The translations under genes were made by a program, and so were the position numbers. DNA of 64,000 bases. Origin: an uncultured Verrucomicrobiae bacterium (lineage in GTDB: Bacteria; Verrucomicrobiota; Verrucomicrobiia; Chthoniobacterales; JAATET01). This document shows, piece after piece, positions 10,278 to 20,884 of the stretch (position 1 is the first letter of the stretch; the number at the start of each line of letters is the position of its first letter). The notes beneath the pieces were generated by a model that searched no databases, was not told the DNA's origin, and worked only from the letters and a program-made list of their open reading frames with translations. Location of the stretch: positions 608,001 through 672,000 of the forward strand of contig CAVRCI010000013.1 in NCBI GenBank assembly GCA_963719495.1, in the 5' to 3' direction.

Positions 10278-10673
10278 TCACTCGGCCGATGCGGTCTCCG
10301 CACCGGAGGCCTTCCAACCGGAGATGCCGGGGCTGAAATGCTTCACGTTCGTGTAACCGAGCTCGGTCGCGGCTTTTGCGGCTTTCGCGTAGGCGCCACA
10401 CTGAGGGCTACCGCAGTAGGCCACGACGAGGGCGTCCTTGTCGGCGGGGAGCTGCGAGGCGAAGTCGCCCTTCACGGCGGTGTAATCGATGGCCGTCGGG
10501 ATGTGGGCATCCTTGTAGGAATCGGTGCCGTTGACGTCGACGACGGTCACTTCATCCTTGGCGATGGCGGCCTGCAGATCGGTCATGCTGATGTCGGGGT
10601 AGGAGCCGGCGACCGCGGCGGCGGCGGTGAGGACGACGGCGGCGAGAGAAAGGAGGTGGGTTTTCATTTTCAT
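10278..10673 (-). CDS. Secreted rhodanese-like protein
   Basis: Signal peptide; HIPTA, YCGSPQC, GISGW. Confidence 0.85.
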   Translation of the reverse strand: MKMKTHLLSLAAVVLTAAAAVAGSYPDISMTDLQAAIAKDEVTVVDVNGTDSYKDAHIPTAIDYTAVKGDFASQLPADKDALVVAYCGSPQCGAYAKAAKAATELGYTNVKHFSPGISGWKASGAETASAE

Positions 10674-10756
10674 CGTGGACAAGAGAGCACAGCTCGCGGC
10701 TTATTCCACAGTTTCTTCCGCCCGGCCCCCACCCGGCAGCCGTAAATTTTCCGACC

Positions 10757-11539
10757 ATGAAGCTAACAGCCAGCGCCCACCTCGCCTTTCACGCCCACGC
10801 CGAAGTCCCGGCCATCTTCATGCTCAAGCCGCGCAGCGGCTACGGCCAGTGGGTGACCAGCGAGGAATACGCCCTCGATCCCGAGATCCAGATGATCGAA
10901 TACACCGATGGCTTTGGGAATCTCTGTCAGCGTGCCACGATCCCGCCCGGGCCGTTTTCGATCACCGCAAATTGCGTGGTCGATTCGCCGGACGACATCG
11001 ACGTCGATCCGGCGGCGGAATTCGTCCCCGTCGCGCTGATCCCCGATCCGCTGCTGCAATTTCTCCTGCCGAGCCGTTACTGCCAGGCCGATTTCCTGGG
11101 CAATCTCGCCGGCTCCATCACGAACCACGTCCCGCCCGGCTACCAGCAGGTCGAGGCCATCCGCGCGTGGATCCGGCGCGAGGTCCGCTACGCCTACGGC
11201 ACGAGCAACGCGTCGACTTCGGCGCTCGAGACCGCCAACCAGAAGGTCGGCGTCTGCCGCGACCTCGCCCACCTCGGCATCGCGCTCTGCCGCGCGATCA
11301 ACATCCCCGCGCGCATGGTCGTCGGCTATTTGCACGAGCTCAAACCGATGGACCTCCACGCGTGGTTCGAGGCTTACGTCGGCCAGCGCTGGTATGTCTT
11401 CGACGCCACGCAGGACGAGCCGCGGGGCAACCGCATCACGATCGCCTACGGTCGCGACGCCGCCGACGTCGCGCTCACCACGCAATTCGGTCCCATGGAC
11501 CTGCTCGACATGAGCGTCGACGTCGGCCCCGCCGACTGA
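10757..11539 (+). CDS. Transglutaminase-like protein
   Basis: PSRYC, GVCRDLAH, HAWFEAY, FDAT. Confidence 0.88.
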   Translation: MKLTASAHLAFHAHAEVPAIFMLKPRSGYGQWVTSEEYALDPEIQMIEYTDGFGNLCQRATIPPGPFSITANCVVDSPDDIDVDPAAEFVPVALIPDPLLQFLLPSRYCQADFLGNLAGSITNHVPPGYQQVEAIRAWIRREVRYAYGTSNASTSALETANQKVGVCRDLAHLGIALCRAINIPARMVVGYLHELKPMDLHAWFEAYVGQRWYVFDATQDEPRGNRITIAYGRDAADVALTTQFGPMDLLDMSVDVGPAD

Positions 11540-11560
11540 CGCCCCCACGCCCGCGCGTTC

Positions 11561-12490
11561 TCAGCCGAGCATCGCCGCGGCCGCGCGGCGACCACTGAGC
11601 CAAACGGCTTCGATCCGTGAATCCGTGATCGAATCCCCGCAGACGAAGAAGCCCGATGGCAACTCGCCGACGTCGGCGGCGGCGACGCGCCGTGAGAATC
11701 CCCAGCGATGGGTGAAGGCCCCGGCAAAGCGGGTCGGGTCGAGTTCCCAGCGTGGCTCGAGCTCCGACCGCAATTTCGCCGCCCAGACGTCGCGCTCGGC
11801 GTCCCAATGTCCGGCGCTGAACTCCGCCGCCGCCTGCACGACGAAGAGCAAACGCCCGGCTGGCACCCGGGCGGCTTTGTGATTCTCGCAGGCCGACCAG
11901 GCCAGCGCGGAGCCTGACCGGTCGCTCACCGCGTAGGTCGTCCGCGCCCGGCCCGCCCACTCGACGTCGTAGGCGAAGGCGGCGGTCAGATTGCGCTCGT
12001 AGGGACTGGCGGCGACCGTTCGGCCCAGGAGGGCGGCGGTCTGCGGCCACGGGGCGCAGCTCAGGATCGCGTCGAATCGCTCCCCCGCGACCTCCCAATC
12101 ACCGCCGTCGACCGACACCTCACCGACCGGCGACTCGCGGCGGATTTCGAGCCCGGCGGCGAGCGCCCGGGCGAGACGATTGTTGCCCTCGACGTGGAAA
12201 AGTCGCCGGGTGTCGGTTCCGACTTCGCAGCCATCCGCGTCGACGACCGGTGCCGGGATCTCGCCCACCGCGTCGCCGAGCTCCGCGAGAACTTCCCGGA
12301 AGGCCGCGTCGCGAGCGGTGAAATACTGCGCGCCGTGATCGAAGACGCAGCCTTCCCACAGCCGCGAAGAGCAGCGTCCGCCCAGGCTGCGAGATTTCTC
12401 GAAAACGACCGCCCGCTTGCCTGCGGCGTCGAGGGCCCGGGCGGCCGCGAGTCCGGAAATCCCCGCTCCGATGATTGCGATTCGATCCAT
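11561..12490 (-). CDS. FAD-dependent oxidoreductase (renalase-like)
   Basis: GAGISG, EKSRSLGGR, FDHGAQYFT, CGDS. Confidence 0.85.
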   Translation of the reverse strand: MDRIAIIGAGISGLAAARALDAAGKRAVVFEKSRSLGGRCSSRLWEGCVFDHGAQYFTARDAAFREVLAELGDAVGEIPAPVVDADGCEVGTDTRRLFHVEGNNRLARALAAGLEIRRESPVGEVSVDGGDWEVAGERFDAILSCAPWPQTAALLGRTVAASPYERNLTAAFAYDVEWAGRARTTYAVSDRSGSALAWSACENHKAARVPAGRLLFVVQAAAEFSAGHWDAERDVWAAKLRSELEPRWELDPTRFAGAFTHRWGFSRRVAAADVGELPSGFFVCGDSITDSRIEAVWLSGRRAAAAMLG

Positions 12491-12570
12491 GGAGACGACC
12501 TTGGCAGAAATGGCCGCCGCGTCCAAACCGGCTTGATCAATCCCTCGACCCCAGCCCAGAATTCATCCGG

Positions 12571-12807
12571 ATGTCCCCCGCGAACCGACACCTTTCCGAA
12601 CGCGCGGCGAAGGCCGAACGCATCATCGCCGCTCCCCTTGGATACAAGGTGTGCGAGGGCTGCGAATCCATCGTCGCCCGCCGGCTCGACCTCTGCCCGA
12701 ATTGTTCGGGCTACCGATTCGACCTCGACCCGGCCCGGATCGCGGCGCAGGCGCGCGTCCTCGCAAGTCGAGCTCAGACCACCGTCACGGCTCTGGATCT
12801 GCTCTGA
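12571..12807 (+). CDS. Small Zn-ribbon protein
   Basis: CEGC...CPNC. Confidence 0.65.
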   Translation: MSPANRHLSERAAKAERIIAAPLGYKVCEGCESIVARRLDLCPNCSGYRFDLDPARIAAQARVLASRAQTTVTALDLL

Positions 12808-12873
12808 TATTTGCGCGCCAGCTCGGGATTGCGTTGGCGATCCCACGAGGCGGCGTGGTAGACATCGCAGCGC

Positions 12874-14241
12874 ATGGAGTTCCCCCTCGGCAAAGCCCCG
12901 CTCTGGATCCTGATCGCGACCGTTGTCGCCGGCGTGGCCGTGCTCGGTGGGCGGTTGACCGCCCGCGTCGACGCGCCCGATCTCGTGCTGGCGACGTTTT
13001 CGCGGACCCACGTCGAATTTTACGAAAAAGCCGTCCCCGCCTTCGAGCGGGAGCATGGCGTGAAGGTCCAGATTCAGCTGGTCGACATGCGGGCGCTCAC
13101 CAGCCGCCTGCAGGCCGCGATGATCGCCGGGACCGAAGTGCCGGACCTCGTCGAGATCGAAAAGGGCGCGATGGGCTATTTCACGAAGGGGCCGCTCGAC
13201 GACATCGGCTTCGTCGATCTGACCGATCGTCTGCGCGAGGAAGGCCTCTTCGACTTGATGGTCGAGTCGCGGTTCAGCCTTTGGACGACGCGGGGCCGGA
13301 CGTTTGCGCTGCCGCACGACGTCCATCCCGTGATGCTCGCCTACCGCCGCGACATCGTGGAAAAGCTCGGCATCGACGTGAATGCGATCCGGACGTGGGA
13401 CGACTTCACGGAGATGGGTCGCCGGATCACCGCCGACGTGGACGGCGATGGCGTGGTCGACCGTTACGCGCTCGACCTGCCGACGGCGGGCACCGAGGTG
13501 CTGGAAACTCTCATCCTGCAACGCGGCGGCGCCATCTTCGACGCGGCCGGGGAAGTCGCCTTCGACTCGCCCGTCGTGGCCGACACGATCTGCTGGTACG
13601 TTCGGCAGACGACGGGCGCGTCCCGGATTTCGTTCCCGGCGGGCTGGGGCCAGACGATGTCGCAGATCCTGCTGGATGGGTTGGTCGTGTTCTACGTCGC
13701 ACCCGACTGGCGCACGAAGCAATACGAGGTCGACGCCCCGGGCGTGAGCGGCAAGATGGCGCTCATGCCGCTCCCGGCCTGGGAGGAGGGCGGACGGCGC
13801 GTGAGCACGTGGGGCGGCACCGGACTCGCGATCACGAAGGGCTCGAAACACCCCGAGCTCGCCTGGGAATTCGCGAAGCACATCTACCTCGACCCGACCG
13901 ACGTCGGAGCGCGCTTCCTCGCCACGAACATCATTTCGCCGCTGAAAGCCGCCTGGGCCTCGCCGGCCTACGACGCGCCGAATGCCTTCTATTCCAACCA
14001 ACCGATCGGTCGTCTCTTCGCCGACCTCGCTCCGGCGACTCCCGCGAGTTACGGCGCGCCCTACGCCCTCCTCGCCACGAGCAAGCTCGGCGAGGTCTTC
14101 ATCGACGCCTCGATTTATTACGCAAAGAATCAGGACGTCGGCCTGCGCGAATTCGTGACCACCGCGCTGGCCACGAAAGCCGACGAAGTCCGCCGCGTCG
14201 CCGGTCGCAACGCCTTCCTCTTCCCCACCCCCACCGAATGA
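12874..14241 (+). CDS. Sugar ABC transporter substrate-binding protein
   Basis: LPHDVHPVMLAYRRD, STWGGTGLAI; operon with two permeases. Confidence 0.85.
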   Translation: MEFPLGKAPLWILIATVVAGVAVLGGRLTARVDAPDLVLATFSRTHVEFYEKAVPAFEREHGVKVQIQLVDMRALTSRLQAAMIAGTEVPDLVEIEKGAMGYFTKGPLDDIGFVDLTDRLREEGLFDLMVESRFSLWTTRGRTFALPHDVHPVMLAYRRDIVEKLGIDVNAIRTWDDFTEMGRRITADVDGDGVVDRYALDLPTAGTEVLETLILQRGGAIFDAAGEVAFDSPVVADTICWYVRQTTGASRISFPAGWGQTMSQILLDGLVVFYVAPDWRTKQYEVDAPGVSGKMALMPLPAWEEGGRRVSTWGGTGLAITKGSKHPELAWEFAKHIYLDPTDVGARFLATNIISPLKAAWASPAYDAPNAFYSNQPIGRLFADLAPATPASYGAPYALLATSKLGEVFIDASIYYAKNQDVGLREFVTTALATKADEVRRVAGRNAFLFPTPTE

Positions 14242-15128
14242 CCGCCGCCCGCCCCCGCTCGTTTCGCTGGCTCGTGCCCTACCTCTTCGTCGCGCCCTAC
14301 GTCGTCGTCACGCTGGCGTTCTTCGTCTACCCGGTGCTGAAAGCGACGGTGCTCGCGTTTTACCAAACGAACGGCGCGCGCAGCGAAGTCTTCGTCGGCT
14401 TCGGGAATTTCGCCTTCATTCTCAGCGACCCCGATTTCTACACCGCGCTCAGGAACACGACGGTCTACGCGATTTTTTCCATCGGCCTCCAACTCCCGCT
14501 CTCGCTCGGCCTCGCGCTCATGCTGAACAGCGGACGCGACCGGATGAAGGGCTTCTTCCGACTCGTCCTGTTCTCGCCGCACCTCGTGGGGCAGATCTTC
14601 GTCGGCGTCCTCTTCGGCGTCCTCTTCACGCCGCGCTACGGGATGTTCAATCGCTTCATCCACTCGCTCACCGGCTGGGGTCTCGATGAGCGTTGGTTGG
14701 AAAATCCCAGCCTCGTCATGCCCGCGCTCGTGCTCGCTTCGCTGTGGATGTACGTCGGTTTCAACATGATCTACTTCCTCGCGGCCCTGCAAACCGTCGA
14801 CGAAGCGCTCGTCGACGCCGCCCGCATCGACGGGGCAAACGCCTGGCAGGTCTTCTGGGCCGTCACCTTTCCGGCGATCAAACCCGTGGCGACCTTCGTC
14901 GTCATCATGAGCACGATCGGGAGCTACCAACTCTTCGAACTCCCCTTCGCGCTCCTCCAGGGCAACGGCCCGAAAAATTCCGGCCTCACCATCGTCGGCT
15001 ACCTCTACCAATACGCCTTCGACGCCGGCGACCTCGGCACCGGCGCGGCCATCGGCTGGGTGCTCGTCCTCGTCATTTTCGTCATCAGCATGATCCAACT
15101 GCGCGTCTCGGGCACCCTCAAGGAATGA
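14238..15128 (+). CDS. Sugar ABC transporter permease
   Basis: EAA-like loop DAARIDGA; TM helices; ATGA coupling. Confidence 0.88.
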   Translation: MTAARPRSFRWLVPYLFVAPYVVVTLAFFVYPVLKATVLAFYQTNGARSEVFVGFGNFAFILSDPDFYTALRNTTVYAIFSIGLQLPLSLGLALMLNSGRDRMKGFFRLVLFSPHLVGQIFVGVLFGVLFTPRYGMFNRFIHSLTGWGLDERWLENPSLVMPALVLASLWMYVGFNMIYFLAALQTVDEALVDAARIDGANAWQVFWAVTFPAIKPVATFVVIMSTIGSYQLFELPFALLQGNGPKNSGLTIVGYLYQYAFDAGDLGTGAAIGWVLVLVIFVISMIQLRVSGTLKE

Positions 15129-16054
15129 ACGGCGTCCACTGGATTCTCCTCGCCGCCGCGCTCGGATTCGCCGCGCTCTGGGCGCGCACCCCGGGCGACC
15201 CGAAGCCCGCGCTCACCTACCTGCGCTACGTCGTGCTCGCGGGCGTCGCGTTCCTCATTCTCGCGCCGTTCCTGTGGCTCATCGCCGCCGCGTTCAAGGA
15301 CCCGACGGTGCTCAACGAATACGTTTTCCTCCCACCGATCAGCGAATGGTCGGCCGCCACGCTCAACCTCGAAAATTTCCGGGAACTCTTCGCGCCCCGC
15401 GAGACGCTCGACGGAGTCGTCTACTTCTGGCTCTACATCGCGAACTCCCTCTTCCTCGCCGGGGCCACGACGGTGCTCCAGCTTTTCTTCTCGTCGCTGG
15501 CCGGCTACGCCCTCGCGAAATTCGCCTTCCCGGGCAAGGGAGCGCTAATGGGATTCATGCTTGGTTCGATGATGATCCCCGGCGTCATCCTGCTCGCGCC
15601 GACTTATGAGATCATCGTCCGCATCGGCTGGATCGACACCTACTGGGCGCTGCTCGTCCCGGGCGCCGTGAGCATTTTCGGCATTTTCCTCTTCCGCCAG
15701 GCCATGCTCGGCGTGCCGGCGGAGCTGATCGAATCGGGCCGCATGGACGGCTGCGGGGAATTTCGAATCTACTTCACCCTCGTCATGCCGCTCGTCCGTC
15801 CGATGAGCGGCGCCTTCTGCCTCGTCTCGTTCCTCGGTGCGTGGAACAGCTTCATCGCGCCGAACGTGTATCTCAGTTCGCAAAACAAGCTCCCGCTCCC
15901 CGTCGTCCTCAACCAATTCGTCGGCGAATACAGTCAGCAATACGGCGTCTTCCTGGCCGGCACCCTCCTCGCGATCATCCCCCCCGCCATCCTCTTCTTC
16001 GCGCTGCAAAAAGAATTCGTCAGCGGTCTCACCACGGGCGCGGTAAAGGGCTAA
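15125..16054 (+). CDS. Sugar ABC transporter permease
   Basis: ESGRMDGC, AGYALAKFAFPGK, GLTTGAVKG. Confidence 0.88.
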   Translation: MNGVHWILLAAALGFAALWARTPGDPKPALTYLRYVVLAGVAFLILAPFLWLIAAAFKDPTVLNEYVFLPPISEWSAATLNLENFRELFAPRETLDGVVYFWLYIANSLFLAGATTVLQLFFSSLAGYALAKFAFPGKGALMGFMLGSMMIPGVILLAPTYEIIVRIGWIDTYWALLVPGAVSIFGIFLFRQAMLGVPAELIESGRMDGCGEFRIYFTLVMPLVRPMSGAFCLVSFLGAWNSFIAPNVYLSSQNKLPLPVVLNQFVGEYSQQYGVFLAGTLLAIIPPAILFFALQKEFVSGLTTGAVKG

Positions 16055-16087
16055 TACCCGGGCGCGCCGCGCGATCCAACCCGAAGG

Positions 16088-16330
16088 ATGAGGTAGGGGT
16101 CGGGATTGCACCGCCCCCCTCCCGAACCGGACTGGCGGATTTCCCGCAATCGGCCTCCAGTCGGTCGTTGCTCGTTACCGAGATTGAAGGATCCCGGCGT
16201 CAAACGGCTTCAAGGCGAGCAATCCACGCGCGTGGAAACTGGCGTTTGACTTGGGCACTCGGCGCCGCGGGCGCCGTCGCCCTCTCGCGCGACGTCCATT
16301 CCCCGAAGAACCCCGCCTGCCCGTGATCGG
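16088..16330 (-). mobile_element. Group II (class C-like) intron 3' remnant: domains V/VI plus degenerate maturase tail
   Basis: Minus strand reads GGAGGCCGATTGCGGGAAATCCGCCAGTCCGGTTCGGGAGGGGGCGG...CCCCTACCTCAT, preceded by codons for SNASFHARGLLAL...QSR*. Confidence 0.7.
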
Positions 16331-16408
16331 GAGGCGGCCCGAGACACCGTCCACTTCCGGTTGCCCTCGGGGGAATCCGTCCGTAAAGTCCCCGCTCCAT
16401 CCATCGAC

Positions 16409-16777
16409 ATGACATCCATCACTCTCACATTCGGCACGCTTCTCATCCTCCTCGGCCTCGGCGGCTACTTCGGCACGGGCGCGGATAGCCCAACGGCTTT
16501 GATCCCGGCGGCCGTGGGTATCATCCTCATCATCTGCGCCGCCCTCGCCCGAATGGGACGAGTGATGAATCTGATCTTCGCCCACGTCGCGGTGTTGATT
16601 GGCGCGGTCCTGGGCGTCGCCGGTCTCGCCATGTCCGTCCCCAAGCTTCTATCCGACACCCCGCCGACGAATCCTATCGCGGTCTACCTCCAGCTCGGAA
16701 TGGGCATCATCCTCGTCGTCTACACGATCTTCTGCGTCCGATCCTTCATCGCCGCCCGCAAGGCCCGCACCGCTTGA
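16409..16777 (+). CDS. Small 4-TM membrane protein
   Basis: SPTALIPA motif; hydrophobic helices. Confidence 0.75.
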   Translation: MTSITLTFGTLLILLGLGGYFGTGADSPTALIPAAVGIILIICAALARMGRVMNLIFAHVAVLIGAVLGVAGLAMSVPKLLSDTPPTNPIAVYLQLGMGIILVVYTIFCVRSFIAARKARTA

Positions 16778-16841
16778 TCGAGCCCCACGCTTCACCCCTT
16801 TCCGCAACTTCCGCGCCTCATTGCGGCCAACGAATTCACTC

Positions 16842-17792
16842 ATGAAAAAACCCCACCACTCCCAAGCCGGCAACGCCGCCTACTCCGCGATCGTCCCGAT
16901 CATCGTCGTCCTCGCCTTCGTCCTCTTTCTCATCTCCGGTGCCTTCGTTGTCGTCGAAGCCGGCCACGTCGGCGTCGTCAAACGCCTCGGCGCCGTCCAG
17001 GACAACGCCCTCCCCGAGGGCTTCCACGTGAAGCGGCCCTTCGTCGATGTCGTCGAGCAGATCGACATCCGCCTCATGCCGACGAACGCGAAATCCACCG
17101 CCGCCTCCCGCGATCTCCAGACGGTTTCGACCGAGGTGAACGTCACGTATTCGGTCAACGGCGAACTCGCCCCTCTCATGTTCCAGCGCATCGGCGACAC
17201 CCGCAAAGTGGCCGCCGCCCTCGTCGAACCCGCCATCCAGGAATCGGTCAAGGCCGTGACCGCGCAATACACCGCCGAGGAACTCGTCACCAAGCGAGCC
17301 GAGGTCAAGGTCGCCATCCAGACGGCCATCGAAGAATTCATCGCGAAGACCCTCGCCGATAAGGACATTCAGAACGGCGTGACCCTCGCGAACGTCGCGA
17401 TCACCGACTTCGTCTTCAGCGAAGAGTTCAACAAAGCCATCGAGTCCAAGGTCAAGGCCGAGCAGGAGGCGCTCCGGGCCAAGAACGAATACATGATGCG
17501 CGTCACCCAGGCCGAAGCCAGTGAAGCCGAGGTCAAGCTTTCCGCCGACGCGAAAGCCTACTCGACCCAGGTCGAATCCGAGGCCCGCGCCAACGCGATC
17601 AAGATCGAAGCCGCCGCCCTCCGCGACAACCCCGCCATCATCGAGCTCCGCGCCATCGAGCGCTGGGACGGCGCTCTCCCCAAGATCTCCGGCAGCGGAG
17701 CCGTCCCGTTCCTCAACATCGATTCGATGACCGAAGAAGAGCCCGCCGCCGCGGCCCCCAAACCCACCCAAAGCAGCTCCTTCCTAAGGTAG
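16842..17792 (+). CDS. SPFH/prohibitin family protein
   Basis: GHVGVV, ASRDLQTV, FNKAIESKVKAEQ, IERWDGALP. Confidence 0.9.
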   Translation: MKKPHHSQAGNAAYSAIVPIIVVLAFVLFLISGAFVVVEAGHVGVVKRLGAVQDNALPEGFHVKRPFVDVVEQIDIRLMPTNAKSTAASRDLQTVSTEVNVTYSVNGELAPLMFQRIGDTRKVAAALVEPAIQESVKAVTAQYTAEELVTKRAEVKVAIQTAIEEFIAKTLADKDIQNGVTLANVAITDFVFSEEFNKAIESKVKAEQEALRAKNEYMMRVTQAEASEAEVKLSADAKAYSTQVESEARANAIKIEAAALRDNPAIIELRAIERWDGALPKISGSGAVPFLNIDSMTEEEPAAAAPKPTQSSSFLR

Positions 17793-17905
17793 GGGAGCGC
17801 GACCCGGGGAGCGCGACCTTCCAGGTCGCCGTCTCCGGCTTCCAGCCGGAGACCCCAAACGATCCCGGCAAAGCCGGCACTTCCTTCACAACGAACAGAG
17901 CAAGC

Positions 17906-18871
17906 ATGCCAACCCTCGCCCGCGCCACCTGGATCGAGCGAGCCGCCGCTCACCACGCCCGGGTCGACCCGTGGATCGACCCTCACCTCGCCCGCACGAG
18001 CCGCGGCGAGAAGCATCCGGTCCACGACTTCCTCTTCGAATACTACCACCACCGCCCGTCGCACCTTCGCCGCTGGCACCCCGGCCTCGGGCTTGCGCTC
18101 GAGGACGCCGAAGAGTTCGCCGATCTCCCGCTTTACCGCACCACCGAGACCGGCTTCACCACCGCCGACCCAACGCTCCTCAAACCCAACCGCCGCGACG
18201 CCGTCGATTGGATCGCGACCCTCCTCCGCTCCATCGCGTCGCGCCCCCCGGCCTTCGGCTGCGCCGGTCTGCACGAATGGGCCATGGTCCATCGCGCCGA
18301 CCAGATCCGCCACCCCGCGCACCCGCTCCGCCTGAGTCCCGCCGAAACGGACGCCGTGGTCGAGTCCCTCCCGATCCGCTGCACGCACTTCGACGCCTTC
18401 CGGTTTTTCACGCCCACCGCCCGCCCATTGAACACCCGCCAGCCGTCCCGCGAGACCATCCCCGATCTCGAGCAAGGCGGCTGCCTCCACGCCAACATGG
18501 ATCTCTACAAATGGGCGTTCAAACTCAGCCCCTTCACGTCATCCGAGTTCGTCGCCGATACCTTCGCCCTCGCCCGCGAGATCCGGGAAATCGACATGCG
18601 CGCCAGCCCCTACGACTTCACCACCCTGGGGTTTGATCCCATCCCCATCGAAACCGCCGAGGGCCGCGCAACCTACGAGCGGCATCAGCGAACGTTCGCC
18701 GACCGAGCCAACCCGCTCCGCCACCAACTCATCGAAGTCTGCGCGGCAATCAAAGCGGAGCTCCCCGTGGCATCGGGTTGCCTGCGGCGGTTTGCCCAAG
18801 GGCGATCTCCCGCTCCGCCTAAGTTTCCGCTTCGCTCCGGCGCCAGCCGGTCACCAACCCCAATCGGCTGA
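17906..18871 (+). CDS. Conserved protein often labelled 3-methyladenine DNA glycosylase (function unverified); C-terminus runs into a MITE
   Basis: HPVHDFLFEYY, GLHEWAMV, CTHFDAFRFFT, EQGGCLHANMDLYKW. Confidence 0.7.
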   Translation: MPTLARATWIERAAAHHARVDPWIDPHLARTSRGEKHPVHDFLFEYYHHRPSHLRRWHPGLGLALEDAEEFADLPLYRTTETGFTTADPTLLKPNRRDAVDWIATLLRSIASRPPAFGCAGLHEWAMVHRADQIRHPAHPLRLSPAETDAVVESLPIRCTHFDAFRFFTPTARPLNTRQPSRETIPDLEQGGCLHANMDLYKWAFKLSPFTSSEFVADTFALAREIREIDMRASPYDFTTLGFDPIPIETAEGRATYERHQRTFADRANPLRHQLIEVCAAIKAELPVASGCLRRFAQGRSPAPPKFPLRSGASRSPTPIG

Positions 18872-18883
18872 AAGCCGATCAAA
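18765..18883 (+). repeat. ~118 bp MITE-like repeat, second copy at 27383-27501
   Basis: Shared ATCGGGTTGCC..CGGCGGTTTGCCCAAGGGCGATCTCC...TCCGCTTCGCTCCGGC...GCCGATCAAA. Confidence 0.8.
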
Positions 18884-18974
18884 CGCACTCAGCCAAGCGG
18901 GGTGGGGGCGTCCCGCCCGCACGATCCAAACCCGAGGACGAGACGTCCTCGCCCCATCGTTCGTCCCAACCGAC

Positions 18975-20879
18975 TCACCCAAACATCTCGCGCACCACGT
19001 CCGCGTATTTGTCCGCGATCACGTGCCGCTTCAACTTGAGCGTCGCCGTCATTTCATCACCGATTTCGAAAGCCTTCGGAACGAACCGCCACGCCACGAC
19101 GCGCTCGAACGGTTTGAACCCCGTCTCGCCGCTCACCAGCCGCCGCACTTCCGCCGCGACTTTCTCCCGGGCCACTTCGCTCCCCATCACGTCCGAGATC
19201 GACCCCACCGCGACCCCCGCCGCCGCAAAGCTCGCGACCGTCGGCACGATCAAAGCCCCCAGACACTTTTCGTCCTGTCCCACGACCATGCACTGGTCGA
19301 TCAAATCGGATTGCATCAGCTTACCCTCGATCGGCACGGGTTCGACGTTCTCACCACTCTGGAGAACGATCGTATCCTTCGAGCGGCCGAGAATTTTCAG
19401 GCAGTCGTTGAACGTCACCATCCCGATGTCGCCGGTGTTCAGCCAGCCGTCGCGCAGCACGTGCGCCGTATTCTCCGGGTCTTTGTAATAACCTTTCATG
19501 ATCTGCGGCCCACTCGCGTGAATGCCACCGCGCAGACCGCGCCCGCCGCCCCGCCGGGCCGGATCCGGATACAACACCGCGCCGGTCTCCAAATCGACGA
19601 TCCGAATCTTCGTCTCCGGATAAGGCGCGCCCACCGAGCCGATCACCAGATTATCCCACGTCCGCACCGCCAGCACCGGAGTCGTCTCGGTGAGTCCGTA
19701 ACCCTCGAGCACCGGAATCCCAATGAAGTTGAAAAACTCGTCCACGTGCCGCTGCAAAGCCCCGCCCCCGCTGACCGTGCCGCGAAATTCCCCGCCGACG
19801 ATCTCCCGCACGTTTTTCAGGACAATCGGATCGAGCACCCGGTAGGGAACGGTAAAAACCGCCCGGTTGAGCGCGTGTCCGAGCCCCTCGCGAAGTTTCG
19901 CGCCAATCGACCGCCCGGCCAAGTCCAGGTCCTGCCCGACGAAAAACCGGCGCGCCCGATGCACCTTCTCCGTGCTCGTCGTCGCCAGCCGAAAGAGCGC
20001 TCGCCGGAGCGGCGGGGCGGCCGCGACGTTCGCCATGATCTTGAGGTAAAGGTTTTCCCAGAGCCGCGGCGTCGAGACCATGATGTGCGGTCGCACCGTT
20101 TTGAGATCCGCCGCGATGTGTCGCAGACTCGTGTAGTAGGTGCAGACGCCCCAGCTCATCGCCAGAATCTCGAAGACCCGCTCGTAACTGTGCCAGATCG
20201 GCAGGATCGAAAGCGACCGGTCACCGGGCTGGAAGGGAAATGGCAGATTGCGAACCTGCGACACCATGTTCGCGTGAGTGAGCTGCACCCCCTTCGGCGT
20301 CCCGGTCGTGCCCGACGTGTAGATGATCGTGAAAAGATCGTCCGGCCGAATGCCCGCCAACCGTTCCTCCGCCCGCCGGTCGCCGCCCTCGCGCAGCCGC
20401 CGCCCCATCGCCCGGACGTCGCCCAGCGCCCGCGCCCCGTCCAGCTCGCCCGCCTCGCCGTCCATCACGATCACCTCGCGCAGCCGGGGCAGCTGACCCG
20501 CCCGCACCTTCGCCAGCATCGCGGCGTCCGCCACGATCGCGACCGCCGCGTCGGCGTGATCGAGAATGTATTGCACCTCGCCGACGGTGATGTCCGTCCC
20601 CCGCGGCACGTCGACCGCCCCCGCGATCTGAACCGCGCAATCGCAGATCATCCACTCCAGCCGGTTGTCCGCCAGCAATCCGACGTGGTGCCGCGCCTCG
20701 ACCCCCAACTCGATCAGCCCGGTCGCGAGGTCCAATCCCGCCGCGTAAAGCTCGGCGTAGCTAAAGAAGGCAAACGATCCGTCTTCCGTGCGCGAGGCGA
20801 ACGCCGAGCGATCGCCAAAGGCCTCCGCGCCCAGCCGGAACAGCTCGGCGACGTTCGGGGGAACGACTTGACCGGCCAC
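18975..20879 (-). CDS. Long-chain fatty acid-CoA ligase
   Basis: YTSGTTGTPKG, GYGLTET, TGDIG, GRSKD. Confidence 0.9.
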   Translation of the reverse strand: MAGQVVPPNVAELFRLGAEAFGDRSAFASRTEDGSFAFFSYAELYAAGLDLATGLIELGVEARHHVGLLADNRLEWMICDCAVQIAGAVDVPRGTDITVGEVQYILDHADAAVAIVADAAMLAKVRAGQLPRLREVIVMDGEAGELDGARALGDVRAMGRRLREGGDRRAEERLAGIRPDDLFTIIYTSGTTGTPKGVQLTHANMVSQVRNLPFPFQPGDRSLSILPIWHSYERVFEILAMSWGVCTYYTSLRHIAADLKTVRPHIMVSTPRLWENLYLKIMANVAAAPPLRRALFRLATTSTEKVHRARRFFVGQDLDLAGRSIGAKLREGLGHALNRAVFTVPYRVLDPIVLKNVREIVGGEFRGTVSGGGALQRHVDEFFNFIGIPVLEGYGLTETTPVLAVRTWDNLVIGSVGAPYPETKIRIVDLETGAVLYPDPARRGGGRGLRGGIHASGPQIMKGYYKDPENTAHVLRDGWLNTGDIGMVTFNDCLKILGRSKDTIVLQSGENVEPVPIEGKLMQSDLIDQCMVVGQDEKCLGALIVPTVASFAAAGVAVGSISDVMGSEVAREKVAAEVRRLVSGETGFKPFERVVAWRFVPKAFEIGDEMTATLKLKRHVIADKYADVVREMFG

Positions 20880-20884
20880 GGTCC

